64,000 nucleotides of DNA from Takakia lepidozioides (GCA_030704615.1 CM060731.1:93868001-93932000), one strand, 5' to 3'. Counted from the stretch's first letter, positions 1 to 12,654 are shown. Notes: generated by a model not told the origin, from the letters alone. Numbers and translations: made by a program.

Positions 1-2219
1 ATGCGCTTCGCATGAGGTTCAACCAAATTTGCATAGGCAGCAAGCAGATTATTGGCTTCCTTCCGAGCCTTGTTAGTGACAGAGATTTCATTTCTATTGG
101 CCACGATTGTTTGTTGCAACTCCAGTATGTGTCTCTCTTGGTCAGCTTCAACCTGTCTGTATTGCTTGAAAGTATCCTCATTGCGACAGATTGTATTCTT
201 CATATCGACAATGAGTTTCACTTGCTCAACATTTTCTGCCTCTGCCTTCGTACATCTTTCCGCTTGACTGTTTATTTCAATTGTAGATTGGTCAAGCATA
301 GTCGTGAGTGTAGCACATTGGATGGCCATCCTGTCATGCACTGTCTGCAACTCCGTATGTAGTGCATTCACTTGTTGCAACTTGCTTTCATGCTTCACTT
401 GCATTTGGTATAGCTGTTGCTTATGTGCTTCGTGCAACTGGTCTTGCGCGAGGCCTGCCTCAATCAATTGTTCCTTGGCCAATTGCAAAGCCGCTTCTGT
501 ACTCTCCAAGTCTTGTTGCATCTTGAGAGTGACCTCTTCATCGACTTTATTTGCACACTTTGTGGCAAGTCGAGCCTCAAACTCCTTCCTGAGTTCCTCC
601 CTCAAAGCTGCCAATTGAGTAGTGGGAACATGTGATTTGACACAAGTACCCAACAAATTAAGTGTCATGTTTATGGAACTCATAAGCATCGCCTGTTGAG
701 GGTCATCTTGGTGAGCTTGCTGCTGTTCTCCCTGATCCTCAATAGTGTGATGCCTTACGAACCACTCAGGCCATTGCCCCACCAGATTTTCTTCCTGAAC
801 CACTCCATCCGTCACTGGTGCTGCAGTGTATTGGCATTCTACCTGTGGTACCTCCGTCACAGGTGTGTGTATTATATGCGCCGCAGGGTTTCCCCTGGAC
901 AACCGTTGCACCTCCGGAATCACTGTGTCCTTGACCATACCAGAATATTCATAGAGAAGGTCCCCCTTCTCAATTTCTGCCACCACCTGTTCTGTAGTGG
1001 GAATATCTAACCCTTCTTTTTCTAAATCAATTATTTCTGGTTGAACTGCATGGACAACTTGTGGTAACTTTGTGACAAGCCGATCATCTGGCTGTGATGG
1101 CTGTGATACTGAAGTAACTTCCTCTTCCCTCTCTGAAGGTCCTGCTTCCAGTAATAGCAGTTCTCTGTGCTGTTGTGCCCCTTCCTGCACAAGAGCTTGG
1201 GAAACATTATTATGCGGATTCCGTGAAACCAGTGGATCCGCCACTACAATCTTTCCCCGTCTCTGTCTCTTAGTCTCGGGTTGCCCTGCCAATCCACCCT
1301 CACTGTGTGAAGAGTCTTGCTCTTCCATTGCAGTGGTTTCTGGCTCAAACACTCCCATCTCCTTTCTTTCTCGCGCATCAAGTATGCCAGAATCAAGAAT
1401 TATTTGAGCAATAATTGGGCCAGACACTATGATAGGAGACTTTGCGGCAGTACCCTGTAATCTTTTCATCTCCTCTACCAGTGCGTTGTACATTATGTCC
1501 GCCCATTCTACCTCTTCTCCTCTCAGGGCTTTGAGTATTTCTTCTGTGAAGGATCTGCTCAAATACTGTTGGTTCTGTTTCATGGCAAACAGAACGTTCA
1601 ATACCTAGCCTACCTCTCTTAGCCCTGGGTACACGGCCTTGGTACAATCATAACCCTGAGTTTTAAAGAAACTCCCTTCTTGGAATAAGTCCCCTATTTG
1701 CAGTCTTGACCTATGCTCCTCCACATGCACCTGGCCTGCTGGCAATCGAAACAATTGCTGTAGGTATAGGGGAGTAATTAGTAATTCAACTCCCTTCACC
1801 GTTGTTGCTCCTGTCCTTGGCTCAAAGTTCTGCAAGAATTGTAACATGTACTGTCTATGGTGCAATGTCCAATCTTTGCTTTGCAATCCTTCCAATCGCA
1901 GCTCTTTCAGTAACTTCACCGCCTGTGGAGTAGCAATCGTTTGTTTCTGTAGGATTGTGGTGCTCTTCACCCTGATTTCTTCCATTCCTCTCACTCTCTT
2001 CATTCTAGACCCACAGAAATGTTTTGGCTGTAACAATTGAAGAAATGCCTGTAGTGCACAAAGCATAAACGTATGGTTGCCACAAAAAGCTATGGGTAAT
2101 TTCTTGTAAGCCTGCGGGGCTTGCAAGCATCGATCAAGAGAAAAGATCCGTTCTGTTCTTTTGTCCCTATGCCACTGCGTAAGTAATATTGCGAGCGTAT
2201 AGTCTGTTAGTTCCTCCAT
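1..2219 (-). pseudogene. Retrotransposon 3' accessory ORF (conserved N-terminal domain plus coiled coil), with stops and frameshifts
   Basis: DWTLHHRQYMLQFLQNF...YLQQLFRLP...IGDLF...QGYDC aligns by eye with DWNLKHDELCREFLENY...YLAEVFHLP...LADLF...QGYTC at 23640-23870; E/Q/K-rich coiled-coil-like coding at 1-620. Confidence 0.65.
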
Positions 2220-2348
2220 AGCTTCAAAGCTATCGCATTGATGGTTTGTCCCGTCGCGACGCCCGTTACTTAGAACAACGCCGACTCTTGCGCTTAATTT
2301 CCCTCCAATTTCTTGATCCCTTCTCTGGCTTTCGATTGGCTGTAACCG

Positions 2349-3383
2349 CTATGACTGGATTTTAGATTTAATTTTCCTTAGTGGACTTTCCCTGCTGGAC
2401 TGTCCACTAGGATAACACATGTGACAAGAATTTCGCTTTTCTATACTTGCCGTTTGTTCTGTTGCCCCTTTTCTGTATTCATTAATGGGCCCGCCATTCA
2501 TCCAAATTGACGCGCTGATTAGGTATTTTGACGGCCATTCTTGTCCTCTTTCTTGATGAGATCTGTTCTTGCACTTCCTTCTTAGCTGTGTGTTGCGCCC
2601 TGATTTCCACGTGTCCCTTTCTAAACTGACTTCCGTCCTTTCTTCCGCCGGCCATTTCCCTGAAGTTATCATGCGTCCACCTGTCACTGATTCTATGGAT
2701 TGTGTAACCCTAGTAGGCTGTGTTAAGCTGTGACAGGCTGTGTCATACTGTGGTATGCCGTGATAGGCTGTGATACACTGTGGTAAGCTGTGATAGGCTG
2801 TGACACGCTGTGGTAGGTTGTGATATGCTGTGTCGCGCCTTGATGGGCTGTGATATGCTGTGTCGCGCCTTGATGGGCTGTGATAGGCTGTGTCGCGCTT
2901 GTTCTGCCCGCCCCGGTCATATATGCTCGGCCTAGCGACAAGTGCTCCATATTCCGTTGGTAACACTGGCGTAGCCCGTGACGGCCTTTGCGTTTCAACA
3001 TGCAAATCATGCTGTAATGGTTTTTCATAGATACCACTGTACCCCTTCAACTTATTGGCATTGACTCTTCCCAGCATTTCTTTGTTAATGGTTTGTAACA
3101 TGGCGGTGTTGTTATCATACATCTTTTGTATGACATAAGGTCCTTTCCATGGTGATTTAAGCTTAGAAGCTTTAATCTTTCCCTTCTTCTGCAACCATAG
3201 AACCAAATCTCCCGTCTTAAAAGTCTTTAACTTGCCTTCATTAAACTGTTCCTTCCTCTTCATCTGAATTCTGGTCATATTATCAGCTGCATCAGCACGT
3301 ACTTCTTCCACATGGTATAATTCATGTTTCCTGACCTTAATGGAATCTTGCAATTCCATTCTCTTTCCCCATTCCGTTCTCAT
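2349..3383 (-). pseudogene. Gypsy integrase C-terminus (GPY/F module) with a repeat-encoded tail
   Basis: ORF KTFKTGDLVLWL...KLKSPWKGPYVIQKMYDNNTAML...RVNANKLKGY, then RRDTAYHSPS-type repeats; upstream part cut by the LTR at 3402. Confidence 0.8.
2700..2900 (-). repeat. 30-bp (3x10-bp) CACAG-core minisatellite inside the integrase tail
   Basis: gctgtgatatgctgtgtcgcgccttgatgg-like units; ctgtg recurs about every 10 bp. Confidence 0.85.
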
Positions 3384-3401
3384 GGTAGATAACAGGAATT
3401 C

Positions 3402-4426
3402 TGTTAGAGGACTGTCTGGGACTTAGACACTTATACGGGATCTGTAGGGTACCCTTAATTTTTGCACAGACTGAGACCAACAGGAGCCTTAGGGGTAACA
3501 GCAGCGCACTGTAGAGGGGGTTACACAGTCCGTCACAGTCCAACACAGCCCGTCACAGTCGTCACAGCCGACACAGCCACACAGCCAGTCACAGTCGACA
3601 CAGCCAGACACAGTCAGCACAGCTCGTCACAGCCCGACACAGCCATCACAGCCAACACAGCCCGTCACAGCCGACACAGCCACACAGCCAGTCACAGCCC
3701 GACACAGTCGCACAGCCAGTCACAAACCGTCACAGTTTCACACAGCCAGTCACAGCTTGACACAGCTGTCACGACCATAGGGAACGGAGAGCAGGACAGG
3801 GAACGATTGTGGGGAACAACACCTGCAAATGGAACATGTTAGTTCATGGACGACGTGTTAGTGAGGGAAACGGTTAGAGCCATGGGTAGGAAGATAAAGG
3901 GAGAAGCAAGGACTGAGAGAGGGGATTCTTAGAAGCACTTCACGGGGAGGACTTCTTGGTCATGCAGGAGAGGGGATCGGGCGGAGAGTAAGAACGGAAG
4001 CAAAGATGGAGAGCACGGTGAAGGAGGAGAGATGATTAGTAGATGCTGTTATATGCAAAGCTGTAGTGATATTGTAGAGCAGATTAGAGACACAATGGCT
4101 TCGGCCTGATACCTGATAAATCGTAATCTGATACTTATACGATACAATCACACTGTGTAGAGAGATCTGAGTGAAGCTGTGGATGAATGGATGAGTTGAT
4201 GGAATCCGATAGATTGATGAAGCAAACTGATACTTAATTATCAATGGTAAGGTAGCTAACATGAATACGGAAAGGGAAACAAATAGGAAACATCCCCATG
4301 ATACACTAGCTGTAGGTCATGACTGATTGTTCTGAGCGGGCTGTAGTACTTGAGATTTCCAACTCTTCTATCTTGGAGTTTCCGCCTCGGATAGCGAAGG
4401 GATGGGTGAGTAAAAGCCGCGCGACA
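3402..4426 (+). repeat. 5' LTR of a Tat/Ogre-like element (TGTTAGAGG...GCGCGACA)
   Basis: TG...CA termini; homologous to the LTR at 9569-10220; contains a cacagc array at ~3525-3770; followed directly by a PBS. Confidence 0.85.
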
Positions 4427-4428
4427 TT

Positions 4429-4446
4429 TGGCGACCATACTGGGGA
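4429..4446 (+). promoter_or_regulatory. Primer-binding site, probably tRNA-Arg type
   Basis: TGGCGACCATACTGGGGA lies 2 nt after the LTR end and resembles the TGGCGACTCCACTGGGGA PBS of Tat/Ogre elements. Confidence 0.7.
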
Positions 4447-4742
4447 ACTGAGTCATGAACAACCAGATGTGACAGGCATCTGGTGGTTGGACCATTAAGA
4501 ATTTGAAGTGAATCAAATTCCCTGTGGAACGAAGGAAGGAAAAATTGTCCAAAACAATTCTTTCAAAGGTTCTTGGAATTGCAGACGGTTGTAAAGAAAA
4601 TATTCTTAAGCGAGTGCATGATGCTGATCCGGAATGGGGTCTGGAGAAGGAGTGATAAAGATTTATCAGGTAGGCCTGTAGAGGAAGAGCAGTTGGTTAC
4701 CAACGTTGGTTTATGTGATAGCATTGCTATCCATTAAGCGAG

Positions 4743-5242
4743 NNNNNNNNNNNNNNNNNNNNNNNNNNNNNNNNNNNNNNNNNNNNNNNNNNNNNNNNNN
4801 NNNNNNNNNNNNNNNNNNNNNNNNNNNNNNNNNNNNNNNNNNNNNNNNNNNNNNNNNNNNNNNNNNNNNNNNNNNNNNNNNNNNNNNNNNNNNNNNNNNN
4901 NNNNNNNNNNNNNNNNNNNNNNNNNNNNNNNNNNNNNNNNNNNNNNNNNNNNNNNNNNNNNNNNNNNNNNNNNNNNNNNNNNNNNNNNNNNNNNNNNNNN
5001 NNNNNNNNNNNNNNNNNNNNNNNNNNNNNNNNNNNNNNNNNNNNNNNNNNNNNNNNNNNNNNNNNNNNNNNNNNNNNNNNNNNNNNNNNNNNNNNNNNNN
5101 NNNNNNNNNNNNNNNNNNNNNNNNNNNNNNNNNNNNNNNNNNNNNNNNNNNNNNNNNNNNNNNNNNNNNNNNNNNNNNNNNNNNNNNNNNNNNNNNNNNN
5201 NNNNNNNNNNNNNNNNNNNNNNNNNNNNNNNNNNNNNNNNNN
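4743..5242. other. Assembly gap (500 N, fixed-size scaffold join)
   Basis: Run of exactly 500 N. Confidence 1.
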
Positions 5243-6894
5243 TATGTTGGCTTCCAACCCAGTGAAGGTGTTCACGGACAATGTCACAATGAAGTATTTG
5301 GCCACGCACCCAAATTGTCCCCAAAACAACTTAGGTGGCAAGATACTTTGGCGGTTTGACGTGGATATCCAGTACAAACCGGGACAGGACAATGTGGTGG
5401 CCGATGCTTTAAGTAGAAAGCAGCAGCTCCTGTTGGTGTACAGGGCGAGACGGCGCTCCAAAGGAAGATCCGGAAGGCTTGCCGGAAGGATGAGCTGGCG
5501 AGTCCGTGATGCATGACTTGAGGATGGGTAAATCGCAGTTCCACTTGCAAAATGGACTGCTCCGTGTAAGCAAAAACGTCTCTACGTGCCAAAGGGAGGG
5601 ATCAGAGATAGCCTCTTGAGAGAATGCCATGATAGCCCGCTTGCGGCCACAGCGGAGCCAAGCGCACTGCGGCACTCTTGAAGAAAGAGTATTTCTGGCC
5701 CAAACTGAGGGAGGAGGCAGAGGAGTATGTCAAGACATGCACCACATGCCAACAAAACCGGAGCGAGTACAAAAAGCAAGCGAGGCTGTTACAACCCTTG
5801 CCGATTCCAGAGGGGACTGGGAAAGCGTCTCGATGGATTTCATGACTGCTATGCGTTGTCAAAGGATTCGATGCAATCATGGTGGTGGTGGATAGGTCAG
5901 TAAATGGGCCATTTCATCCCACCAAGGAGATGGCAACGGCGCAGGAGACAGGGCGACTTTATTTCGCCCACGTCTTAAAGCATCATGGAGTCCGAAGGAT
6001 ATTGTCCTCGGACCGCGATCCAAAGTTTACGAGTAAATTTTGGAGGGCACTTTGGAAGAAGATGGGGACGAGGCTGAAGATGAGCACCGCCTTTCGACCT
6101 ACGACCGACGGCCAAACAGAAGAGTGAATTCCGTAGTGAAGCAGATCTTGCGGAATTACGTGTCGGCAGACCAAACAGACTGGGTGGAACACTTAGACGC
6201 GGCAGAGTTCTATTATAATAACACAGAACACTCCGCAACGGGAGTTTCCCCTTTCGTATTGGTCTATGGAAAAGCACCTCTGGTGCCGACAAGTTGGGCC
6301 GCCCAGGACGTTGAGGAACCGGCAGTAGCGGCGGTACTGGAAGAACGCGAGCGTTTGTTGAAGCTCGCAAAGTACAACATTGCCAAAGCTAGGAAACAGT
6401 ATGAAAGGCAGGCGAATCGGAAGCGGAGGGGAGTGAAGTTTGAGGCAGGTACAGAGGTCTAGTTGAACATCAAGAATTTCCGACTACCTCCGGAAGTGAG
6501 TCCGAAGTTCGTACCTCCGAATGCGGGACCCTTTCGCATTCGGAAGGTTATGAATGAGGATGTGTATGAATTGGAGCTGCCGGCAAACAGTAAGGTGCAC
6601 CTAGTATTCCATGTATCCCTTTTGAAGCCTTACTTCAAAGATGAAGCGCGTCCGAATCGACATCAAGTGTTGCGTCCGCCACCTATGCTGTTGGATCATG
6701 AAAATGAACCTGAGTACGAGGTGGAGGCAATACTTCAGTCGAGGAGGTTCAGGAACCGAGAAACGGAGTATCTCGTCAAATGGAAGGGCTATCATCATGT
6801 GGAGGCATCTTGGGTGCGTGCCTCAGAAATGGGAAACGCATCCGAGGTGGTTGCAACTTTCGAAGGGCGACCTCAAAAGCGGAAGAAGCATTGA
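5243..6894 (+). pseudogene. Chromovirus (Ty3/Gypsy) pol 3' part: RNase H end, H2C2, integrase core, chromodomain; frameshifted
   Basis: YKPGQDNVVADALSR; SDRDPKFTSKFW...STAFRPTTDGQTE; GPFRI...VFHVSLLKPY; chromodomain EYEVEAILQSR...EYLVKWKGY...SW. Confidence 0.92.
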
Positions 6895-6910
6895 TGGGGA
6901 CATCAACCTT

Positions 6911-7690
6911 GGAGCGTGGGGGAGGAAATGCATGCTTAGCCCGGTTTAGCTAGCTTAGGTATCCGATTGCAAAAACTTGTATTATACAAAACGTGCTATA
7001 AATGAAATGGATTCCAAATGTTATGCGTCCTATTTTGTTTTGGAATGGTGATGCATGGTATGGTTGGCTAGTGTGTAGAATGCATGCTAGCTTATAAAGT
7101 GGGAGAGATAAATTGGGTAATCGTGTGTTTGCGTAGTGCCGAAATCGGGTGACCCCCATCCAAGGGGCAAGGAAACTTGCGCCTTCTTGGGGAGTTCACG
7201 TGCTAGTGCGCACCTGGCGCGTGCGCGTACTATAACTGCGCTACCGAGGGGGTTGCCTTGTAGTGCGGCTAACGCGGAAGCTACGTGCTTCCGTTCACGT
7301 ACTATAATCGTGTAGCCTCGGGACGAAGTCGTAGTGCGGCTTTGGCGTGTTCCCGTACCTCAGGCCAGCATTCCAAGGCGGACCCAATTGCAGTGATTGG
7401 GGCGCACGGTTGGTTCAAGGTTATCTTCCTAGTCAAAAGGGTTCCAGGTGAAACCTTGCTCAAGGTGATGCCAAAAGCGGCATCATGAGCGATCGCAAGC
7501 AATGTTGTTGCAGTAAGGCGATTCGATCCTCGGGAGGATCGTTCCTTGGCCTTGAAGTAAGCCAAGAAGAGTGCACTGGGAGGAGCTGGAGAGGCTCCAG
7601 CCTTGACCGGGACTTGGAGAAAGTCGGCCGAACTAGCTAGTCGAGAGTAGAGTCAAGTGTGGGGTTTGGTTCTTTGCCATGGGACGCCAT
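6911..7690 (+). repeat. PPT and probable 3' LTR of the chromovirus (3' end not defined)
   Basis: Purine tract ggagcgtgggggaggaaa just after the chromodomain stop, then TG at 6929; end coordinate approximate. Confidence 0.5.
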
Positions 7691-7795
7691 GGTACGGAAA
7701 CAAACTCCTTGATGTGGGACGCCACAACTTGGATGTTCGTTTCTACAAAATGGACAAGTCAATGAGGACCTCGACTCCCTGTTGGTAGGGGTGTG

Positions 7796-8520
7796 TGTCG
7801 CGGCCCTTTGCCTTGAGGGCAGGGGGGTCGGGACACATGAAGGGCTGCCCCTGTGGTGGGGCAGCGCAGCGATAGGTATGGGGGGCTGAAGCACCCTTGA
7901 GTGCCCAAGGCACTCAAGGAGGCGGAGGCGCTCACTAGGTGGAGCCCCGCACACCGGGTTGCGGGGGGGGTGGCTCCACAAGGGTGGTGGTAGCTTAGCG
8001 GGACTTAGTGGGGGTGGCATAGGACTCACCATGGGGGCGGAGACCTTGAGGTGGGAGTCGTGGGGAGTCTTGGGACTCATCACGGTCCATAGGGGCCGTG
8101 GTGAGTGGGCCAAAGACTCACCGCGACTCATCACCGGGAGTCGAGGGTGTTCGTGGTGGTTCGCCATAAAATGGCATGGCTGGTTGTGAAACCCCTGCGG
8201 ACAGCTACAGAAGTATATATAGGGAGTAGTAACCCCGAGAACGGTGCAAGCCCGTTGGTGACCAAAAACTAGTGAGTAAGCGAGCGAGCCGAAAGCGACC
8301 AAAGAGTGGGAGCTGTTCCGGACTGCCAACTACCAAAGGGAATTCCCGCTGGTTCCAAATAGGTGGAGGGTTCTTTGGGAGAACAAAGGGGGACCGTTAC
8401 GCCCCGGTGAGCAGCCGAAGCTCCAAGTTGGCCCGGCGGCCAGGTTGGGAGTCAGGCGCACGCATCAAAGCGAGTAACTATGACTTGAGGGGGGAGCTTA
8501 CCGAAGTGAGGTGCGCGACA
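7796..8520 (+). repeat. LTR of a second family (TGTCGCG...CGCGACA), preceded by a degenerate PPT
   Basis: Perfect 7-bp terminal inverted repeats; first 42 bp identical to the minus-strand copy at 31219-31260; interrupts the ORF that resumes at 8521. Confidence 0.75.
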
Positions 8521-10220
8521 ACCTAAGACTCATGCTGCACGAGAGTACAGTCGGGCTATGATTATGCCCTTCAACCAAATTCCCATTGTGTTGGATTGGC
8601 TTGGAAGGAATTTAGTCCGCCACAGTCGTTGGCTCATTACTACCAGATCATGCGCATTGGCTGCCAGTGGGACTAGACTAAGGTTCTTCCGAACAATCGA
8701 CCCATTGAGGATCATCACTTTGCGAGGTACTGGTCTGAAGCAGGTACCATGTTGAAGGAATTAATTGCCTTCCAAGTTGTACATGGGTACATTTATACCA
8801 AAACCAAGGAGGTATCAAGTATTGTCATGGGCTGTGGATTATACTTTGCTGCTTGTTTTTTGGCACGTTATCACATTGAGCAGCAGAAGATGCAATCGCG
8901 ATTTCTGAGTTATTCCAATGGGGATCATTGGGTCTTACCTTCAGTGCCACCTCATATGTACCTATATGATGCAAAAGTTATGATGCAGAAGGATTCCCGT
9001 TCATGGGAACAATTTGACAACACAAAAATTTGGCCCTGAGGATATTTTCTTTAAGGGACATGAGGCATGGAAATACTTGCACTGTTCCCAAGTCATTGGC
9101 ACACCTCTTACCTATACAAATGAAGAGTTCAGGACGTTCACTAATTTTGCGTGCCAGCGCTTACAACAAGTTGTACAAATTAAACTTCCAAATATGGTTG
9201 GACAACATTGTATGCCACACAGGATTCCACTTAAAGTTCGGCCGTTAAAACACCTCAGGGGAGACGATGATTCTGATACTACTGTTTCTTCAGAGGACTC
9301 TTTTGACATGGCAGAGGACTATGCACTTCAGATGGCAGAGAAGAAACTGGGATCTCCTGCCTGAGAGGTTACTCGTTATCAGCCAAAGGAGGGTCAGACA
9401 TTTCCAGGTAGTGCTCAATCATCTCCGTCAACCAGTGACAGGATTCGGGCTCGCACACGGAGTCTTTCACGAGACTCTCACCGTCGGAATGGTGCTCGCT
9501 CACAAAGATTTGCTAATCCCAAACAGTAACCCGTGAGGACACGGCTTTTTGAGAGGGGGAGGGGTAAATGTTAGAGGGCTGCTTGGGACTTAGACGCTTT
9601 TACGGGTTCTGTGGGGTACCCTTAATTTTTGCGCAGACTGAGACCAACAGGAGCCTTAGGGGTGGCAGCAGCAGGCTTTAGGGGGGTTACACAGCCCGAC
9701 ACAACTTTACACAGCCCGTCACAGTCCGACACAGCCCGCCACAGCTTCGCACAGCCCGTCATAGCCAGTCACAGCCGCCACAGTTTTGCACAGCCCGTCA
9801 CAGCCCGTCACAGCTAGTCACAGCCGCCACAGTTTTAGATGTTTGTTACATGCAAAGCTGTAGTGAAACTGTAGGGCAGATTAGAGTCACCATGGCATTG
9901 GCCTGATACCTGATAAATCATAATCTGATACTTATTCGATACAAGCACACTGTGTGAGAGACAGATGAGTGAAGCTGTGAAATGAATGCATGATTAATTG
10001 GAATTAAGTAGATACTGAAGCATAATTCAGTATCAGATAAGGTGAATTGATAACATGAAGGCAAGAAGGAATACAAATGGGAAGCACAACCATGATTCAC
10101 TAGCTATAGGTCATGACTGATTGTACTGAGTGGGCTGAGTGCTTAGAAGTATCCAACTCTTCTATCTTGGAGTTTCCACCTCGGATAGCAAAGGGATGGG
10201 TGAGTAAAAGCCGCTCGACA
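8521..10220 (+). mobile_element. Tat/Ogre-like Gypsy 3' end: accessory ORF C-terminus (8521-9364), PPT (9551-9565), 3' LTR
   Basis: KELIAFQVVHG...IVMGC...HWVLPSVPP is homologous to the 25074-26534 ORF; PPT gagagggggagggg; LTR related to 3402-4426. Confidence 0.8.
9569..10220 (+). repeat. 3' LTR (TGTTAGAGG...GCTCGACA)
   Basis: Directly follows the PPT; collinear with 3402-4426 but shorter (652 vs 1025 bp) and diverged. Confidence 0.85.
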
Positions 10221-10754
10221 TGTGTTCGTGCTAGGAATATGACTCCCTCGTCCGCTGATGTCCATTGAGGACTTGCCTGATCTCCAGGATGATCTCAGAA
10301 CTTCCATGACCTCGTCAAAGTTGGACAGGTTGTGAACAATCGGGTTCTCGCTCGTCTTCATTGATGGGTTTGGCTCTGGATTTACTTCGTTGCAGACTTC
10401 TCTCTTTGAGGTACCCACTCTCTGATTTGCGGATTGTTTCGTGGAAGGCGCCAGGATAGAAGGCGCATTTGGCGGGCAAATGAAGTCCTCAACAGCCCTG
10501 TATATGACGTTGTCCGATGGTGGAACTCGCCATTCCCTGCCGTCGCCGAAATCATCGTGGAGCACAACAATACTTTCGACTACAACTCCGTTTGAATCCT
10601 TCCTTTCCTCCTCCAAAAATACCGACCCCGGTTTCAGGTGGTATCGAACGCAGAGATATTTCTCCATCACCCGGCAGATCTCCCCTCTGCACGGAAATGT
10701 AGCTCTATGCTCGTGAGGAGGGCAGTACACTATAGCGCTCGGGTTTTCTACCAT
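10221..10754 (-). pseudogene. N-terminal part of a MULE-like transposase gene, truncated by the LTR at 10220
   Basis: VMEKYLCVRYHLKPGSVFLEEERKDSNG...WRVPP aligns with VTEHVLATRFELLNGSIFLEKEVYDFDG...WRVRP (63417-63830). Confidence 0.6.
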
Positions 10755-11334
10755 GGGAGATGTGCACACAAGACTGCCAGGATGGTGTTCGGACAAGCGC
10801 CCTGGGAGAAGGGGGGATGCAGCGAGGGGAAGGAATGCAGGGCCAATTTTTGCAAGCGACAAAGCCTATTCACGAATCCGGGGAGCCCACTCTCCCAAAA
10901 ATCCACTGTCAGAGAGTTAATGAACCTTGTCTGCAGAATGCAGCCCCTGGTCTTTGCGCAATAACTGCCAACGGTATGCAGTCAGAAGGTATATGACCTG
11001 TGCAGATGCGCTGCGCAAACCAATCATTACGGCGTCTTACAAGAAGCATGGGGGAGCGAGCGTGCAAGCACCTTCCCCATGGACAGAGGGAACTGACAGA
11101 GGTGGCATGCCAGTGGGTCTGATTACAAGATTGAGTGCCAGACCCTCGCTGCCACAAGTCAACATACAACAAAATGCAACATTGCGCAAAAAGTGGAACT
11201 TTGGTTCAAATGAGACATTTTATTATAATGAACTGTGACAAGTATGCATGCCCTCACAAGCCGAGGGAAGCCAAAAGTATGCATGCCATCCATGCTCAGG
11301 TAAGTTGGGAATTTTTTCCCGTGTTGCACTATCC

Positions 11335-11880
11335 TCACCAAGAAGCTGGAACCTCCATTGGCCTCTCAACAAGCTCATGACTGACAGGGTGTCGGTAGGT
11401 GAAGACAATGGATGCAGCCCGTTCTACTTTGGTGTAGTGGACAACGGTGTCATGTCCTCCGATATATGCACCATCGTAAATCGAGATCTTTGTTGTGGAG
11501 AGATTGTGTCCATAGGACTCATCCTCGTAGCTTATGAGAATGTCCCCATACACTGTTTGCGATGGAATCCTCTCTGGCATGTAAGTACACCCGATGCAAT
11601 CCTCGTAGGCCCAATGGCAGCACCTCCAATGATGTAGGATGTTCCATGTAGGTGGATAATGCAGATCAACGATTCGCAGGCACCAAAGCCGCGCAAGCCC
11701 GTCCCCGCGAGGCTGATCGTGGAAGCCAGGAAGGTACTCAAGAGTGGACATGTGCACCCTCCTCTGCTGAGAGTGGTCTATCCAATCCTGCAGGTATATG
11801 AAAATATCCCCTGACTTGGGCGAGAAGTCCCACGGGGTGCGATTCTTGTTTGGGCAGTTAATGGGATCCCGGCACGCCAT
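11335..11880 (-). CDS. Hypothetical 181-aa TE-borne protein
   Basis: Uninterrupted ATG-initiated ORF with globular, W/C/H-rich composition; TATA-like tatattaaat ~160 bp upstream on the minus strand; no recognised domain. Confidence 0.4.
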   Translation of the reverse strand: MACRDPINCPNKNRTPWDFSPKSGDIFIYLQDWIDHSQQRRVHMSTLEYLPGFHDQPRGDGLARLWCLRIVDLHYPPTWNILHHWRCCHWAYEDCIGCTYMPERIPSQTVYGDILISYEDESYGHNLSTTKISIYDGAYIGGHDTVVHYTKVERAASIVFTYRHPVSHELVERPMEVPASW

Positions 11881-12130
11881 CGAGGACTACTGAAAGGGCT
11901 GCCAGGAAGCAGAGAGGGTGCGCAGGGAAGGGGGAGTGTGGGGAAGATGAGGAGCTCGGAGCGAGGAAGTGTTGTTGTCTCGGTTTGAAACGCGTGGGTC
12001 ACGAGCGAAGGTCGGGCAAGTGGCAAAAGAAAAGAGCACCATTTAATATAACCGTACCCAGGAATGAGGCACAAAATTTACTTCGACAGGATGTCCAATC
12101 GGAGGGTGACGGCCCCACGTGCCTGCTAGA

Positions 12131-12555
12131 GAACTTCCCCCGGATGGAAAAACGGCGCCGAATTTGCATCCGAGGCCGGTCGGACGAAGTCGTCTCGGGG
12201 GGTGAGTCCGTCACCTGGCCGACAGAGAACATCCCCCGGATGGAAAAACGGCGCTGAATTTCCATCCGAGGACCGTTGGATGAAGTCATCTCGGGGGGAG
12301 AGGCCGACACCTGGCCGAAAGAGAACATCCCCCGGATGGAAAAACGGCGCCGAATTTCCATCCGAGGACCGTTGGATGAAGTCGTCTCGGGGGGAGAGGC
12401 CGACACCTGGCCGACAGAGAACATCCCCCGGATGGAAAACAGCGCCGAATTTCCATCCGAGGACCGTTGGATGAAGTCGTCTCGGGGGGAGAGCCAGACA
12501 CATGGCCGACAGAGAACATCCCCCGGATGGAAAAACGGCGCCGAATTTCCATCCA
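12131..12555. repeat. Tandem array A: ~4.5 x 96 bp, each unit with the 32-bp palindrome CGGATGGAAAAACGGCGCCGAATTTCCATCCG
   Basis: Unit starts at 12131, 12227, 12323, 12419 and 12513. Confidence 0.95.
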
Positions 12556-12654
12556 TAGACGCCCGTATTGGCCCTTCTTCAACAATTTATAGTCGTTGCA
12601 TCAAGTTTTTCGCGTTTATTTTACTGGTTACACACTAAACTTGGAATTTTTTGC

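Larger units (their letters stand above)
1..3401 (-). mobile_element. Ty3/Gypsy (non-chromovirus, Tat/Ogre-like) LTR retrotransposon, internal 3' part, interrupted at 3402 by another LTR element
   Basis: Integrase C-terminal module (FKTGDLVL...KLKSPWKGPYVI) followed by a decayed accessory ORF homologous to that of the element at 20452-27475. Confidence 0.8.

Noticed and set aside
4706-5461. ORFs spanning poly-X
   Set aside because: Artefacts of the N gap.
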